This document shows, one piece after another, positions 1-10,885 of a DNA stretch of 64,000 bases. The stretch lies in the NCBI GenBank assembly GCA_000004695.1, contig CM000155.2:3296001-3360000 (forward strand). Direction: 5' to 3'. The notes beneath the pieces are model-generated. The model made no database searches. It was given only the letters and a program-made list of their open reading frames with translations, and had not been told where the DNA came from. Position numbers and translations under genes: made by a program. This DNA is from Dictyostelium discoideum. Its lineage: Eukaryota. Every line of letters starts with the position of its first letter. Within the stretch, counting starts at the first letter, position 1.

Positions 1-1313
1 CAAATGTTAATGTAAATAGTGAAAAAATAATTGGATGGGATTTAAGAATTGAAGATTTAACAAATGGTTTATTATCAGCAGAATTTAATATTACAAGTGA
101 ATATGATTTAAATCCAATTACAATTAAATTAACACCAAACAATGCTGTATCTGGTAATGATAAATCTGGTGTTTATCAATTAAGATTCCCAGTTTCACCA
201 AATTGTAGATCACAATCTTATAGAATTTCATCAGCAAAATTAACTGATGCTCAAGGTCATTTTGGTGTTACTCCATCAACATATAATTTTAATCCATTCA
301 TTAAATTCCTTTCATCAAATCAACTCAGAATTAATACTACATGTCCAATTGGTAATAATGATAATGAATCACCAATTTTAAATAGTTTTAAATCTAGTTT
401 AGTTTCTATTGATGTTGGTGGATTCAAAGAGAATAGAACGGTTGTATTTGAATTTACAACCTCTGATTCTGGTTCTGGAATTTCAACAAGACATAATCCA
501 TTGGTTTATTTATCAAAACCAACAAGTAGTAAAATTTCATGTCAATCTAAACTATTATCATACACAAATGGACAAGCAAATTATAGTTGCTCCATTGAAT
601 TACCATATGGTTTTGGTGCACATGATGCTTTATTAATATCAATTTATGGTATTGTTGATAATCAATCAAATATGAATGGTTATTCAAGTTTTGATCTTAA
701 ATCACTTGGTTTCCAATATTCTTTATTAAGCCAATTTTCAGATATTCCAGTTTTAGAATCAACCTCTTCAATTACAAATCAAGCTTCAACTCTTACCATT
801 TATGGTCACAAATTTGGAATTGATTCAAGTAAAGTTACACTTCAAGTTAATTATAATAATGGTCAAGGTTGGAAAAATACATCAGTTTCATTCTATGCTG
901 GTATAGTTTTAATCACCGATAGTATCACTCCAACTTCTACACCATTTTATGTTCGTGTAATTGTTAATAATATTATTTCAAATCAAATAATAGTAACACC
1001 AACTTTAATTCCAACTCAATGTAATTATCAAGTTGATCAAACTATTATTTCAAAATGGATAAATAGCGAAGTTTATCATTATCTTCAAGCTTCAATTACT
1101 ATTAAAAATAATGGTATCAAACCAATCAAAGCATTTAGTTTCATGATGTCAAATATTGATCAAATTTGGGGTGTAACAATCTCATCTGGTCCAACTTATT
1201 CTTTACCAAGTTGGAATCCAACTATTAATCCTGGTAATGAATATACTTTTGGTTACATCCTTAAAGGTACTGATGTAGGTCAATTAGTTAATGTTATGGT
1301 TGATTGTTCATAA
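1..1313 (+). CDS. 3' part of a cell-surface protein with TIG/IPT-like repeats and a C-terminal carbohydrate-binding-like domain (5' partial)
   Basis: Frame 3 is open from position 3 to the TAA at 1311-1313; the track ORF 501..1313 is only its internal-Met tail. Repeats of the form STLTIYGHKFG...VTLQVNYNNG resemble IPT/TIG beta-sandwich units. Codon usage is Dictyostelium-like. Confidence 0.6.
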   Translation, partial: NVNVNSEKIIGWDLRIEDLTNGLLSAEFNITSEYDLNPITIKLTPNNAVSGNDKSGVYQLRFPVSPNCRSQSYRISSAKLTDAQGHFGVTPSTYNFNPFIKFLSSNQLRINTTCPIGNNDNESPILNSFKSSLVSIDVGGFKENRTVVFEFTTSDSGSGISTRHNPLVYLSKPTSSKISCQSKLLSYTNGQANYSCSIELPYGFGAHDALLISIYGIVDNQSNMNGYSSFDLKSLGFQYSLLSQFSDIPVLESTSSITNQASTLTIYGHKFGIDSSKVTLQVNYNNGQGWKNTSVSFYAGIVLITDSITPTSTPFYVRVIVNNIISNQIIVTPTLIPTQCNYQVDQTIISKWINSEVYHYLQASITIKNNGIKPIKAFSFMMSNIDQIWGVTISSGPTYSLPSWNPTINPGNEYTFGYILKGTDVGQLVNVMVDCS

Positions 1314-1589
1314 ATAATAAAAAATATAAAGTTTTATAATAAAATATATGTTTTGTGTTAATTATATTTTAAACTCATTGTTTTATTTTTTTTTTTTATT
1401 TTTTTGATAATTTGGTAAAATAAAAAAATAATGTTATATTTTGGAATTAATTATCTAACACATTTGTTTTGTGTACTTTCATAATATTAATAATGGTAGT
1501 AGAAGTTAGAATAATAATGATTAACAATTAAACAGTAATATTTGAAAATTATTTATATTTTAATTAAATCACATAATAACATTACACAA

Positions 1590-3795
1590 TATTTTTTTTT
1601 TTTTTTTTTTTTTAATATTGGATTAACAAGATTGATATATGTCCATCTGTGTTAATACGAGTTTTATTTAATATTTATTTAAAGGCTTATCATTTAAGCT
1701 GAAGGGTTATTTTAATCATATGAATTGATCAAAAGATATAATATTTGGGAGAGATGATTCTGGAATACAATAGTAATTAGCTGTAGTTTTTCTTAGCTTG
1801 ATCGTTGAAGTGAGAAGGATCTTAGGATCTTTGAAGTTATTATGGTCTTTTGCTGATAAGTTTTTCAGATCTTTTGCTTTTTTGATGTATTCTAGAGTGG
1901 CCAATTTGTGCCATTTCTTTAGAAGGGAGCTGTATGATAGTGATTCATCTGTTAAAGGATCTTCACTGTATATTTGATTGCAAATCCAAATCCAAATGTT
2001 GTGGAGGATAAGGGCCATTAGGTTTCTATATGCGAATGATCTGGTTAGATCATAGTCTATTGCTTTATAGTTCCATTCAAAGTATTCTTTGTGGAATCTG
2101 TGGTTGGCGTAATCTGCATTCACTTCTTGATCTTTTTTGGCTGTCGGTGATAATTTTGGAGTTATTCTATTAATGAAATTGTTATTTTGCCTAATTCTTG
2201 TATGGTGCCAGTTTTTACCTTTGCCTGTGGTAATATAGATGAAATTTTTGAGTTTATTTATTTTTATGAATTGTTTTGTTTTCTTGCATGAGAAGAACAG
2301 GTGACCGTATGGGTCTTTGCTCATATCTTCTTTGCAGAGTGGGCATTGTTTGTTGTGAAGGTAGTTTATTGGAAGGCATCTGGCATGGAATCTAAACATT
2401 GTATCTCTTGTTTTAGGGTCTTTTATCTTCAGTATGTTGTTGAAGAGTTGATTATAGCTGTAGCCTCTTAAGTTTAGAGATGATTGGAATTCCGTTTTAG
2501 GGATGGTTGGATTTTGGTCTTGAATTGTGGTATACCATTCTGCCAGTGAAAGTGGTTGTCCATTTTCGTTTTTTATGGATGTGAGATTATTGTTGAAGAT
2601 TGCTTTTTTTATTCTTATTTTGTTCCATTCGTCTAAGTTTTCTTTTAGGTATCTGGATGTGAATTTGTTTTTTTGGATCTGATATTCCCAGCTTTTGTGA
2701 TGAGATGAGTTTGTTTGTTTGGTTTCTAGTGCTAGGATGAACTGGTTTATGATCCAAAGTTTCTGCGCCAGTTGTCTCAATTCTATATTCCAAATGTTCC
2801 AGCCCCCTACTTTTAGTGGGTATCTTGCTCTTTTGGTTCTCATTAAATTAATAACTTGAAATCCACTAGCATTTTTGTTGTTTGGTGCCGATAAAAACCA
2901 TTCGACTAGTTTATTGATTTGGTTTAATTCCTCTTCCTTAAAGTTCTCTACATATGAATAGTAGGTTAATTTAGAGAGTGCGAATGCTTTGAGGATGTTG
3001 GTTTTGGTTTTGATTGTTGAGTCAGTGGTTTTCCATAGTACTAAGGATGATCTTATTGTGTTTAATATTTCTGGCATTTTTCTTGTTATCCCTTTGCCTG
3101 TGAAGAAGTATCCCAAGTATCTTTCTGGATTTGTAGATATTGGAATTCTTTGGTTGGTATTGTCTGGGTTGCCTATAAGAATTGATGAAGATTTGTCGAT
3201 GTTTAGTTTTGAGGAAGTGGCTTTGCAAAATGAATTGAAGTGTTGTAGTACTAATTCAAGTTGTTGAGAGTCTGGGACCATTGAAGCCGAGTCGTCTGCA
3301 AAGCTTTGGAATTTCTCTCTGTGGTTGCTGTTGTTTAGAGGAAGGCCAGTAATTCGATCATCTTGTAAAATTTTTCTAGCTAAAGCCTCTATTACAAGGA
3401 CGAACAGGGTGGGTGATAGTGGATCTCCTTGTTTAACTCCTCTTTTGATCTCAAAGGGTATAGTAGTTCTACCATTAATTTCAATTCTTGCTTCAGATTT
3501 GGTGAGTAGATTCATTATCAGGTTGATTATATTGGTTGGAATGTTGATGTGTTGTAGTGATCTAAGTATTGAACCGTGTGAGATCGAGTCAAAAGCTTTT
3601 TCGAAATCATATAGTGTAATTATTCCGTTAATTCTTTTATCATTACAATAGTTGATTAATTCGTTCATTGATATGATATTATCTAGAATGAATCTGCCTG
3701 GTACGAAACCTTTTTGATTGTGGTTGATCACTTTCGTTAGTATTGGGATTATTCTATTGTTTATTAGCTTTGAGTGGATTTTATAATATTTTTTA
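1590..3795 (-). mobile_element. 5'-truncated non-LTR retrotransposon (TRE-like) inserted about 60 bp downstream of tRNA-Ile, 5' end facing the tRNA
   Basis: Minus-strand ORF 1716..3731 carries the FADD reverse-transcriptase motif (FADDSASMV) and a C-terminal CPLC...H...C cysteine motif. The frame stays open upstream to 3792 and aligns with residues about 520-545 of the full-length ORF2 at 30857 (YYKIHSKLINNRIIPILTKVINHNQKGFVPGRF vs DYKILSKILNSRLLDITSKIINKFQNGFVPNRF). It has a 3' UTR and a (T)23 tract at 1590-1612, which is oligo(A) on the minus strand. It is about 40% identical to element 2, so a different TRE family. Confidence 0.8.
1716..3731 (-). CDS. ORF2 fragment (reverse transcriptase plus C-terminal Cys-rich domain) of the truncated TRE-like element
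   Basis: The track start is a GTG alternative start. The true ORF is 5' truncated. RT motifs are present (FADD, LGY). Confidence 0.8.
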   Translation of the reverse strand: MINHNQKGFVPGRFILDNIISMNELINYCNDKRINGIITLYDFEKAFDSISHGSILRSLQHINIPTNIINLIMNLLTKSEARIEINGRTTIPFEIKRGVKQGDPLSPTLFVLVIEALARKILQDDRITGLPLNNSNHREKFQSFADDSASMVPDSQQLELVLQHFNSFCKATSSKLNIDKSSSILIGNPDNTNQRIPISTNPERYLGYFFTGKGITRKMPEILNTIRSSLVLWKTTDSTIKTKTNILKAFALSKLTYYSYVENFKEEELNQINKLVEWFLSAPNNKNASGFQVINLMRTKRARYPLKVGGWNIWNIELRQLAQKLWIINQFILALETKQTNSSHHKSWEYQIQKNKFTSRYLKENLDEWNKIRIKKAIFNNNLTSIKNENGQPLSLAEWYTTIQDQNPTIPKTEFQSSLNLRGYSYNQLFNNILKIKDPKTRDTMFRFHARCLPINYLHNKQCPLCKEDMSKDPYGHLFFSCKKTKQFIKINKLKNFIYITTGKGKNWHHTRIRQNNNFINRITPKLSPTAKKDQEVNADYANHRFHKEYFEWNYKAIDYDLTRSFAYRNLMALILHNIWIWICNQIYSEDPLTDESLSYSSLLKKWHKLATLEYIKKAKDLKNLSAKDHNNFKDPKILLTSTIKLRKTTANYYCIPESSLPNIISFDQFI

Positions 3796-3819
3796 AACCA
3801 ACTAAAAAGAGTTGAATTT

Positions 3820-3835
3820 GGAATCGAACCCTTGG
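3820..3835 (-). promoter_or_regulatory. external B box (GGTTCGATTCC) downstream of tRNA-Ile
   Basis: The minus strand reads ccaagGGTTCGATTCCaaatt about 25 nt past the tRNA 3' end. Dictyostelium tRNA genes commonly carry such a box, and it is a known landmark for TRE3-type insertion. Confidence 0.55.
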
Positions 3836-3858
3836 CTTTTGTTTAGCCAAGGAAAAGT

Positions 3859-3949
3859 TGCTCCATGCGAGGATCGAACTCGCGACCAAAGCATTGCTTT
3901 ATCATACTGATATATAAGTACTTCACTCTACCGACTGAGTTAATAGAGC
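3859..3949 (-). tRNA. tRNA-Ile(UAU) with an 18-nt intron
   Basis: Hand-folded cloverleaf: acceptor GCTCTAT/ATGGAGC, D-arm ACTC-AGTCGGTA-GAGT, anticodon stem AAGTA/TGCTT, loop CTTATAA with anticodon TAT, intron after position 37 containing ATA complementary to the anticodon, T-arm GCGAG-TTCGATC-CTCGC, discriminator A. A T4 run follows the 3' end. It is identical to the copy at 16699..16789. Confidence 0.7.
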
Positions 3950-4202
3950 ACACAATGATTTTTATTTTTAAATATTTAAAAAAATATATTGAATGGATTT
4001 TAAAATTTAATTTTAATTTTTACCAAATTTTAAAATGAAAATCTTATATAATCATTTAAATTTTCTGATAAAATGGAAATAAGGGTCCACAAGAATTTTG
4101 TTTTAGGATTAAGTACAAAAAATTTCATATTTTCTTAAAATTTTCATTTTTTTTTTTTTTTTTTTTTTTTATTCTTTACATTTTATCTGTGAATAATAAA
4201 AA

Positions 4203-4688
4203 ATGAAAAATGAAATAAAAAAAAGGGTTGAAGTGTCAGTGGGGATAATTGAAAATGATAAAAATGAAATTTTAATATGTAAAAGAAATAAAAAAGGTGA
4301 TCACCTTTATGGATTATTTGAATTTCCAGGTGGTAAAATTGAAAAGGATGAAACACCTATTGATTGTTTAATTCGTGAATTATATGAAGAAGTTGATATT
4401 ATTTTATCAACCTCAACAACCTCAACAGCAACAGCAACAACAACTCCTTCACCTTCAAATTTATCAAACCATAATTCAATGATTAAATTAATTGAAATTG
4501 TTGAATTTGAATTTAAAGAGATAATTTGTAATATTCATTTCTTTAAAGTTAATTTACAACAAAATATCAAACCGAAACCAAAAGAAAACCAGCCAATGTT
4601 TTGGATAAAAAAAACTGAATTAAATTATTTACAATTTCCAGAACCAAATAAAGATATAATTCAATTATTAAATCAAAATAAAATTTAA
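4203..4688 (+). CDS. Nudix hydrolase family protein (MutT-like)
   Basis: Near-consensus Nudix box GGKIEKDETPIDCLIRELYEEVDI (G-x5-E-x7-REuxEE). Single exon, 161 aa. Confidence 0.6.
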   Translation: MKNEIKKRVEVSVGIIENDKNEILICKRNKKGDHLYGLFEFPGGKIEKDETPIDCLIRELYEEVDIILSTSTTSTATATTTPSPSNLSNHNSMIKLIEIVEFEFKEIICNIHFFKVNLQQNIKPKPKENQPMFWIKKTELNYLQFPEPNKDIIQLLNQNKI

Positions 4689-4771
4689 AACATTTATTTA
4701 CTTTTTTTTATTTATTATTCATTTATTTGTATTTATTTGTGTTTTTTATTTTTTTTTTTTTTATTTTTTAT

Positions 4772-6439
4772 TTATTCTTCACCTGGTGGTAATTTTTTAC
4801 TATGCCAAAAGAAATCTAAATCTGCAAATAAAACTTCAATTTCTTGATTTTGAGTTAATTTAATAGTTTTATCTTTCATTTTGAAATCAATGATTGGTTC
4901 TTTTGACCAAAGATCGTTAGCTGAATAAATTTCACCTTTATGATTTAAAGCGTTTGAAAAGATTTCAACCAACTCGACATAAGTAGTTGAATAAGGTATT
5001 GCAACCGATGTGAACCAAAAAGTATTTCTTTCTCTAATAAATACAACGATACCATCATTTGGAGTGAATGATTTTGGTACTAATTGCATTGAGGTATTTT
5101 TATTAACAACCATACCAACCTCTTTTCTTTGAAGATCGGCAACCTTGATACAAGTTCTACAATCACCATTTGCCTTGAGTTGGTCCATAACCACCATCCA
5201 ATCTTTTGTAGGGCCTGTTTTTTTCCATTGTAAACATTTTTCATACTCTTCATCATTTTCATCCAAGAATTTCAAATGGGCAGCTAAATCCTCTGGTGAT
5301 TCAAAATCATTGACAAAGATACCGGCATTTGGGGATGGGAAGAATTTCTTACCATTTGGGGCACCATGATAGATGGGCACGGAACCAATGGTGAAAACAC
5401 CAAATAATTTCTCTGTGACATAATCATCGGTTTCACTATTCTCAAATGACATTACAAATTTGTAAGAACTTGAAATCTCCATTTTTGCACCATTATAATC
5501 TTGAGCTTTGGTTTTTCTTTGTTCTTTATTATGGTTACAATGACCATAGGAATCCACTTTAATACCTGCAGCAATCAATTTATTCATATAGTCCAATCTA
5601 AATTGTGGGCCACAATTAGAGATGAAAGCAGCAACCAAACCTTGATCTTTATTATGAATTTTCTTTATTGGTTTCTTAAAATAAGGATACTCATTCCAAC
5701 TATAATAACCAAGTGGTACATCTGATTTTGTATCGGTAGTTGCAACTATATCATACTTTCTTCCATATGGTCTAACATTCTCCAAAGTTTCATACATTGA
5801 TTTCTCACAAGTCGAATGCGAGTAGATTGAAGAATCGATATAAGCACCGCCTTGATGAACTGACGAGCATGGTAAGTGACATTCCACATTCTCTTGGAAA
5901 TCTGTCAACTGTCTAACGACACGGACTGGTTGCTCGTCATAATCACGTTGATTTGAGTAATGACATTTCTCTTTTTTTTCACTTGATATCTTTTTCATAT
6001 AGGTAAACCAATTCTCTTTGGTTTTTTCAATTGATAATTGATTATTTTGTTTTGATGCTCTTACTAAACATTCAATTAAAAGTTTATCATCTGTTTTCTT
6101 TAATGTAGTTTGAATTGGTATATCATCCTCATTTCCGAATAATAAATTATTATTATTACTATCGGGTAACCCAACTTGAATATTATTTGCATCAAAGACG
6201 TTTTCACCATTTTGTTGTCTTTCTCTCTTTTGTTTTCTTAAAATTTCTGCATCTAATTTTTCATTTTCAACATTTTTCATATCGTCAATATCCATCTCTT
6301 CATTTTTATTACCAACTCCATTCTTTTGATTATTTATTGATGTTTGTGCTGTATTTATATTTAATATTGAACTATAACTTATCATTACAACTAATGTCAT
6401 AACAATTACTATTATTAAAACTCTATGTTTTTTTAACAT
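4772..6439 (-). CDS. GT10-family alpha-1,3-fucosyltransferase, type II membrane protein
   Basis: N-terminal transmembrane anchor (LIIVIVMTLVVMISY). GT10 signature motifs YKFVMSFENS and DYVTEKLF are present. 555 aa, single exon, ATG at 6439..6437. Confidence 0.8.
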   Translation of the reverse strand: MLKKHRVLIIVIVMTLVVMISYSSILNINTAQTSINNQKNGVGNKNEEMDIDDMKNVENEKLDAEILRKQKRERQQNGENVFDANNIQVGLPDSNNNNLLFGNEDDIPIQTTLKKTDDKLLIECLVRASKQNNQLSIEKTKENWFTYMKKISSEKKEKCHYSNQRDYDEQPVRVVRQLTDFQENVECHLPCSSVHQGGAYIDSSIYSHSTCEKSMYETLENVRPYGRKYDIVATTDTKSDVPLGYYSWNEYPYFKKPIKKIHNKDQGLVAAFISNCGPQFRLDYMNKLIAAGIKVDSYGHCNHNKEQRKTKAQDYNGAKMEISSSYKFVMSFENSETDDYVTEKLFGVFTIGSVPIYHGAPNGKKFFPSPNAGIFVNDFESPEDLAAHLKFLDENDEEYEKCLQWKKTGPTKDWMVVMDQLKANGDCRTCIKVADLQRKEVGMVVNKNTSMQLVPKSFTPNDGIVVFIRERNTFWFTSVAIPYSTTYVELVEIFSNALNHKGEIYSANDLWSKEPIIDFKMKDKTIKLTQNQEIEVLFADLDFFWHSKKLPPGEE

Positions 6440-6572
6440 TCTACTATTACAAAATTTATATTAAACACACACAATTGAATGTGTGGTAAAATATATTAAA
6501 AAAAAAAAAAATTTTTTTTTTTTTCTTTTTTGTTAATCTTTTATTATTATACAAAAGTTATTAATAAATGAA

Positions 6573-6623
<51 letters not shown>

Positions 6624-7028
6624 AAAAAAACTAAAATTTTTTTCCGAACCAAATAAAAAATTAAAATGGAATAAAAAAAAATAAAAAAAATTAAAATTTT
6701 TTTGTTTTAAAAAAAAAAAAAAGGAAAAAAAAAAAAAAAAAAAAAACTGATTGGCGTTAACGCTATTTTTTTTATAAAAAATTGATTTAAAAAAAAAAAA
6801 AAAAAAAAATGAGTATGAATTTGATGACTTTTTTTATCTTTTTATGCCAACAAGATATTTGACTTTTTTTATCTTTTTTTAAAAAAAAAAAAAATTAAAA
6901 TAAATAAATAAAAAAAAGAAACTTAATGGTTATAATAAAAAAATAAATAAGTAATAAAAATAATTTTTTTTTTTTTTTTTTTTTTTTGTTATTTGATTTT
7001 ACATTTCTAATTTTATTTTTTAATTTAT

Positions 7029-7168
7029 TTATTCATTATTTGTATTACCTTCTTGAGTTGCGATAGTTGAAGTTGTTGTTGTAGTTGTAGTAGTATTTGA
7101 ATCACTAACATTCATATTTTCATCAGTATTATTATTATTATTATTATTTAAATTATTATCATTATTAC

Positions 7169-7213
<45 letters not shown>

Positions 7214-9688
7214 AATTATTATTATTACTATTATCATTATTATTATTATTATCATTATTACTATTACTATTATTATTATTATCATTATTATTTAAAATTA
7301 CTTCACCTAAATGTTGATTTAAATAAAAATTTTTATCATAAGTATCTTTTCTTCGATAGAAAAGTACATAGGCGGCATCAGATTCGATAGAGTTTATATT
7401 TGCTTCAGAGGCATGAGAATCATCAAATTTGAACCAAGTATCCTCTGGTTCATTTAAAGCAAAGGCAGTGTAATGACCACCACCTAATGAACCATAATGA
7501 TTTGAAACTGCAAACAAATCGTAGATTGGTGCTGGTTGATCTTTATTTAATACATATTGAGAGAGATCGAGATCTTTGAATGGGAATTTGACAAGAGTAT
7601 CAAGTTTATCACGGTGAGATCTCTTGTAGCTAAATCTTTTCAAATGAACAACGAGAATTGGTGGAGAGGACCAAATATCAAACTTTTTGGTAGCTCTTTG
7701 ATGTTCTTTACACTTGCTACAATACCAAGGATCTTCTGGTCCCAATTGTTCTTCAGTGGTGAATAATTTGATACATTGTTCCAAGTTGACTTCACGTTGC
7801 ATTGGAATATCACGACAACCACCACTTCTGTTTAAATCATTTGAAATGGTTTCATAGTCAAAGTATTGTGATGGATCTTCCCATGCCAATGTGATTTCAC
7901 GGGTTCTTAATGGGAATGTCAATGGTTTGATCTCTCGGTTTGAACTATCAACCATTTGGAAAATGAATCTTGGATCCTTTGGAATTCTATTATAATCACC
8001 ACTATAACTACCACTGTAACCACCACCACCACTATATCCTCCATATCCAGAACTATAACCATTGCTACTGTATGATGAAGAGTTTGTACGTTGTTGAGTG
8101 AAATTATTGATCACAACGTTACCTGCATTAAAAGTATTACTACCACTACTACTTGTACCATTATCATCATCATCGCCAGCTGATTCACTTGCACTACCAA
8201 TATTATTATTATTTGAAGAATCATTATTGTTACTATTATTATTATTATTATTTTGTTCTGATGGTTCCTCATCCTCTTGTTGTTGTGATGATTGATTACT
8301 ATCGAAAATTTCTGAAACTGTATCCATATCTTTAATGAAATCAAATAATCTATTAAGAATTAATTTATAAAGTTCTTCTTGTGATTTAATTGTTGGTGGT
8401 ACTGAAAGAATGAAAGGAATACGCATTAAACTAAAGTTTGATTGTTTTGAAGTCACCATAACTTGAGTAAAGGTTGGATCAGAATCAATTTCATAAACAA
8501 CTATAGTATCACGTGTAAAGTTTTTATCACCCAATTTATCATCATGTTCATAAATCTTCAAGGAGTACATAATGACAGTGAAAACCATATTGTTATGAGA
8601 GACACCAACTTCCTCGGAAAGTTTCTTTAAGAGGTCGCCAACTGTGGCATTTGAAGAGACGCTTATTTCGTGTTGAGTGATTTTGAAATCTTTATTCAAG
8701 AAACTAAAGTTAAATTGTTTGATGGTCTCTGATGGCAATGGAAGTGATAAATACATGAATGGATCAAAGGTGATTGAAATATTTTGGCAAACTGGACAAA
8801 CCAATTTTGATTTCAATTGAGATTGGAACCAATCGACAATGACACTATTGTTTCTTGATTTATGCATTTCCCATTGTTCTTTGGCAATTACATCATCTGG
8901 ACGACCATCATAATCTTTACCCTCGTGGAATGGTTTCTTTTTGACCTTGTTTAAATCTTCATGTAAACCATCCAAAAGGAATGCCAAGAGTTCTTGTGAA
9001 TCATGTTGATGATAGCCAGCAAATTGTGGTGCAAATCTTTCAATTTGACCCTTAAATTTACGTGGATAGACAGAGCTGTAAGTGCCCTCCCAAATTTCAG
9101 TGATTAATTCGGCATAATCAGTGGCTAAATCGCCATGACATCCCAAAGGATTGGTTTTGTTGATGTCATTTTCATATTGTTTCGATAAAAAGTATTTGGT
9201 TAATGGATAGGTGTTACTAAGACATTGTAAAGCTGAATTCATAAAACATGTATTTCCTAAATTTCCAAGTCCAGTTATACCTGGTCTTGGATCACCACAT
9301 CTTGTATTACCACTTGAATATCTATCTGATTGTTGTTGTGGCCATTTACCATTTGCTAATTTTTCTTCTAATAAAATCTATTAAAAAAAAAAAAATAAAT
9401 AAAAAAAAAATAAAAAATAAAAAAAATTTTTAGGAAAGAATTTAGAAAATTATAATTTTTTTTTTTTTTTGAAATAAAAATAATAATAATAAAACCTACT
9501 AATTGGTCTTCAAGTAAACGAGAATTTGATACATATTCTAAATCTTTTAATTCTGCATGTTTAGTTTGATTATAAAAATCCCAAATTCTAATATTAATTG
9601 GATCCAAGTTAAATACTTTACATGCTCTCTAAAAAATAAAAAAAATAAAAAATTTATTAGTATTCATTTTTAAAATTTATGGTTGATT

Positions 9689-9731
<43 letters not shown>

Positions 9732-10336
9732 ACTTCTTTCATAACTTTAATAGTTTCATTTTTAAATGCAAAGCCTTGAACAATATTACTAGTATCAGAA
9801 GATTTAAAGAATTTTAAAGAGATTGGAATACGAAGATCAATATTATTATTGATTGTACCTCTAATGACTTTTCTAATAATTTCTGGACCACCACCATAGA
9901 CTTCCTTTAATTTGATCCAAGTTTTTTCTGGAACCAATGTAAAGCTGGTTGTTTCGCTAATGCCTGGTCTTAATTCACCATTTTGTAAAATATCATCATT
10001 GGTTATTGGTCCTAATTCCTCTCTACTGTTTATTTCTTCTGACCATTTACTATACCATTTGTTACTAATTATTGCCCATTTTTCGCCAACTACTAAAGAA
10101 GTTTGTTTAATTTCTTTTTTCAATTTTTGAATATCTTCTCTGGTGAGATCTGGTATTTGTTGTTGTTGTTCTGCTTCTTCAATTGGTTTCATCTCTTGTT
10201 CATTATTATTATCATTATTGTTGTTTTTTTCTTTTTCTCCACCATTTGTATTTTCTATATTATCTGTTGTAGAATTTATATCTTCAAATGTTTGATCTTG
10301 TGCTGAATTTGTATTATCCATTACTTCTTCGTCCAA
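7029..10336 (-). CDS. ubiquitin carboxyl-terminal hydrolase (peptidase C19) with N-terminal DUSP domain, three or more exons
   Basis: Model: join(9734..10321 or 10336, 9500..9628, 7029..9377). Exon 1 has a DUSP domain (GEKWAIISNKWYSKWSEEI...YGGGPEIIRK). Donor GTAAGT at 9733..9728 and acceptor (T)n-AG at 9630/9629. Exon 2 donor GTAGGT at 9499..9494 and acceptor AG at 9379/9378. Exon 3 has the Cys box GLGNLGNTCFMNSALQCL and the His box YDLFAVSNHYGSLGGGHYTAFA. All junctions are phase 0. The track ORFs 9677..10336, 9368..9607 and 7029..9242 are pieces of this gene. Confidence 0.75.
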
Positions 10337-10538
10337 TTCAAAACTATTTATTGAATCGCTTTCTTTTAAATTTTAATTAAAAAATTGAAATTAAAAATAA
10401 AGAATGTCACAAATAATGTTGAAGGTTTTTTTTTAATTAATTGAAAAAAAAAAAAAAAAAAGTTGAATTTTTTTTTTTAAAAAATTAAAAAATAAAAAAA
10501 AAATAAAAAAAAAATTAAAATAAATTTAAATTTAAATT

Positions 10539-10602
<64 letters not shown>

Positions 10603-10681
10603 AAAATGGGGGGGTTTTTTAAATTAATTAGAAAAAAAAAACAGGTAAATCGAAATTAAAAAGTAAATTAAGTTTTTTTTT

Positions 10682-10885
10682 TTACATACCAGAAAAACTC
10701 GAAATTGTATTACTTGAAATTACTTCAAATGAATTTGTTGAGGGAGATCTTTGTTGTTGTTGTGTTTGTTGTTGTGTTTGTTGTTGTTGTTGTTGTTGTT
10801 GTGTTTGTTGTTCAGCACCAATACTTGGACCTTCAGTCATATCTTTAAAGGTTGTTTTTATTTTCTTTGAGTGTTGGTGTTGCAA
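10682..10885 (-). CDS. possible extra 5' exon of the USP gene (Q-rich N-terminus)
   Basis: The ORF ends ...SSFSG followed immediately by donor GTATGT (phase 1). A phase-compatible acceptor (tttaaaag|AAAGCGATTC) lies at about 10362 and gives ...SSFS-E-SDSINSFELDEEVMDN. The implied intron is about 320 nt and contains an (A)70 tract, long for this genome. Confidence 0.35.
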   Translation of the reverse strand: MQHQHSKKIKTTFKDMTEGPSIGAEQQTQQQQQQQQTQQQTQQQQRSPSTNSFEVISSNTISSFSGM

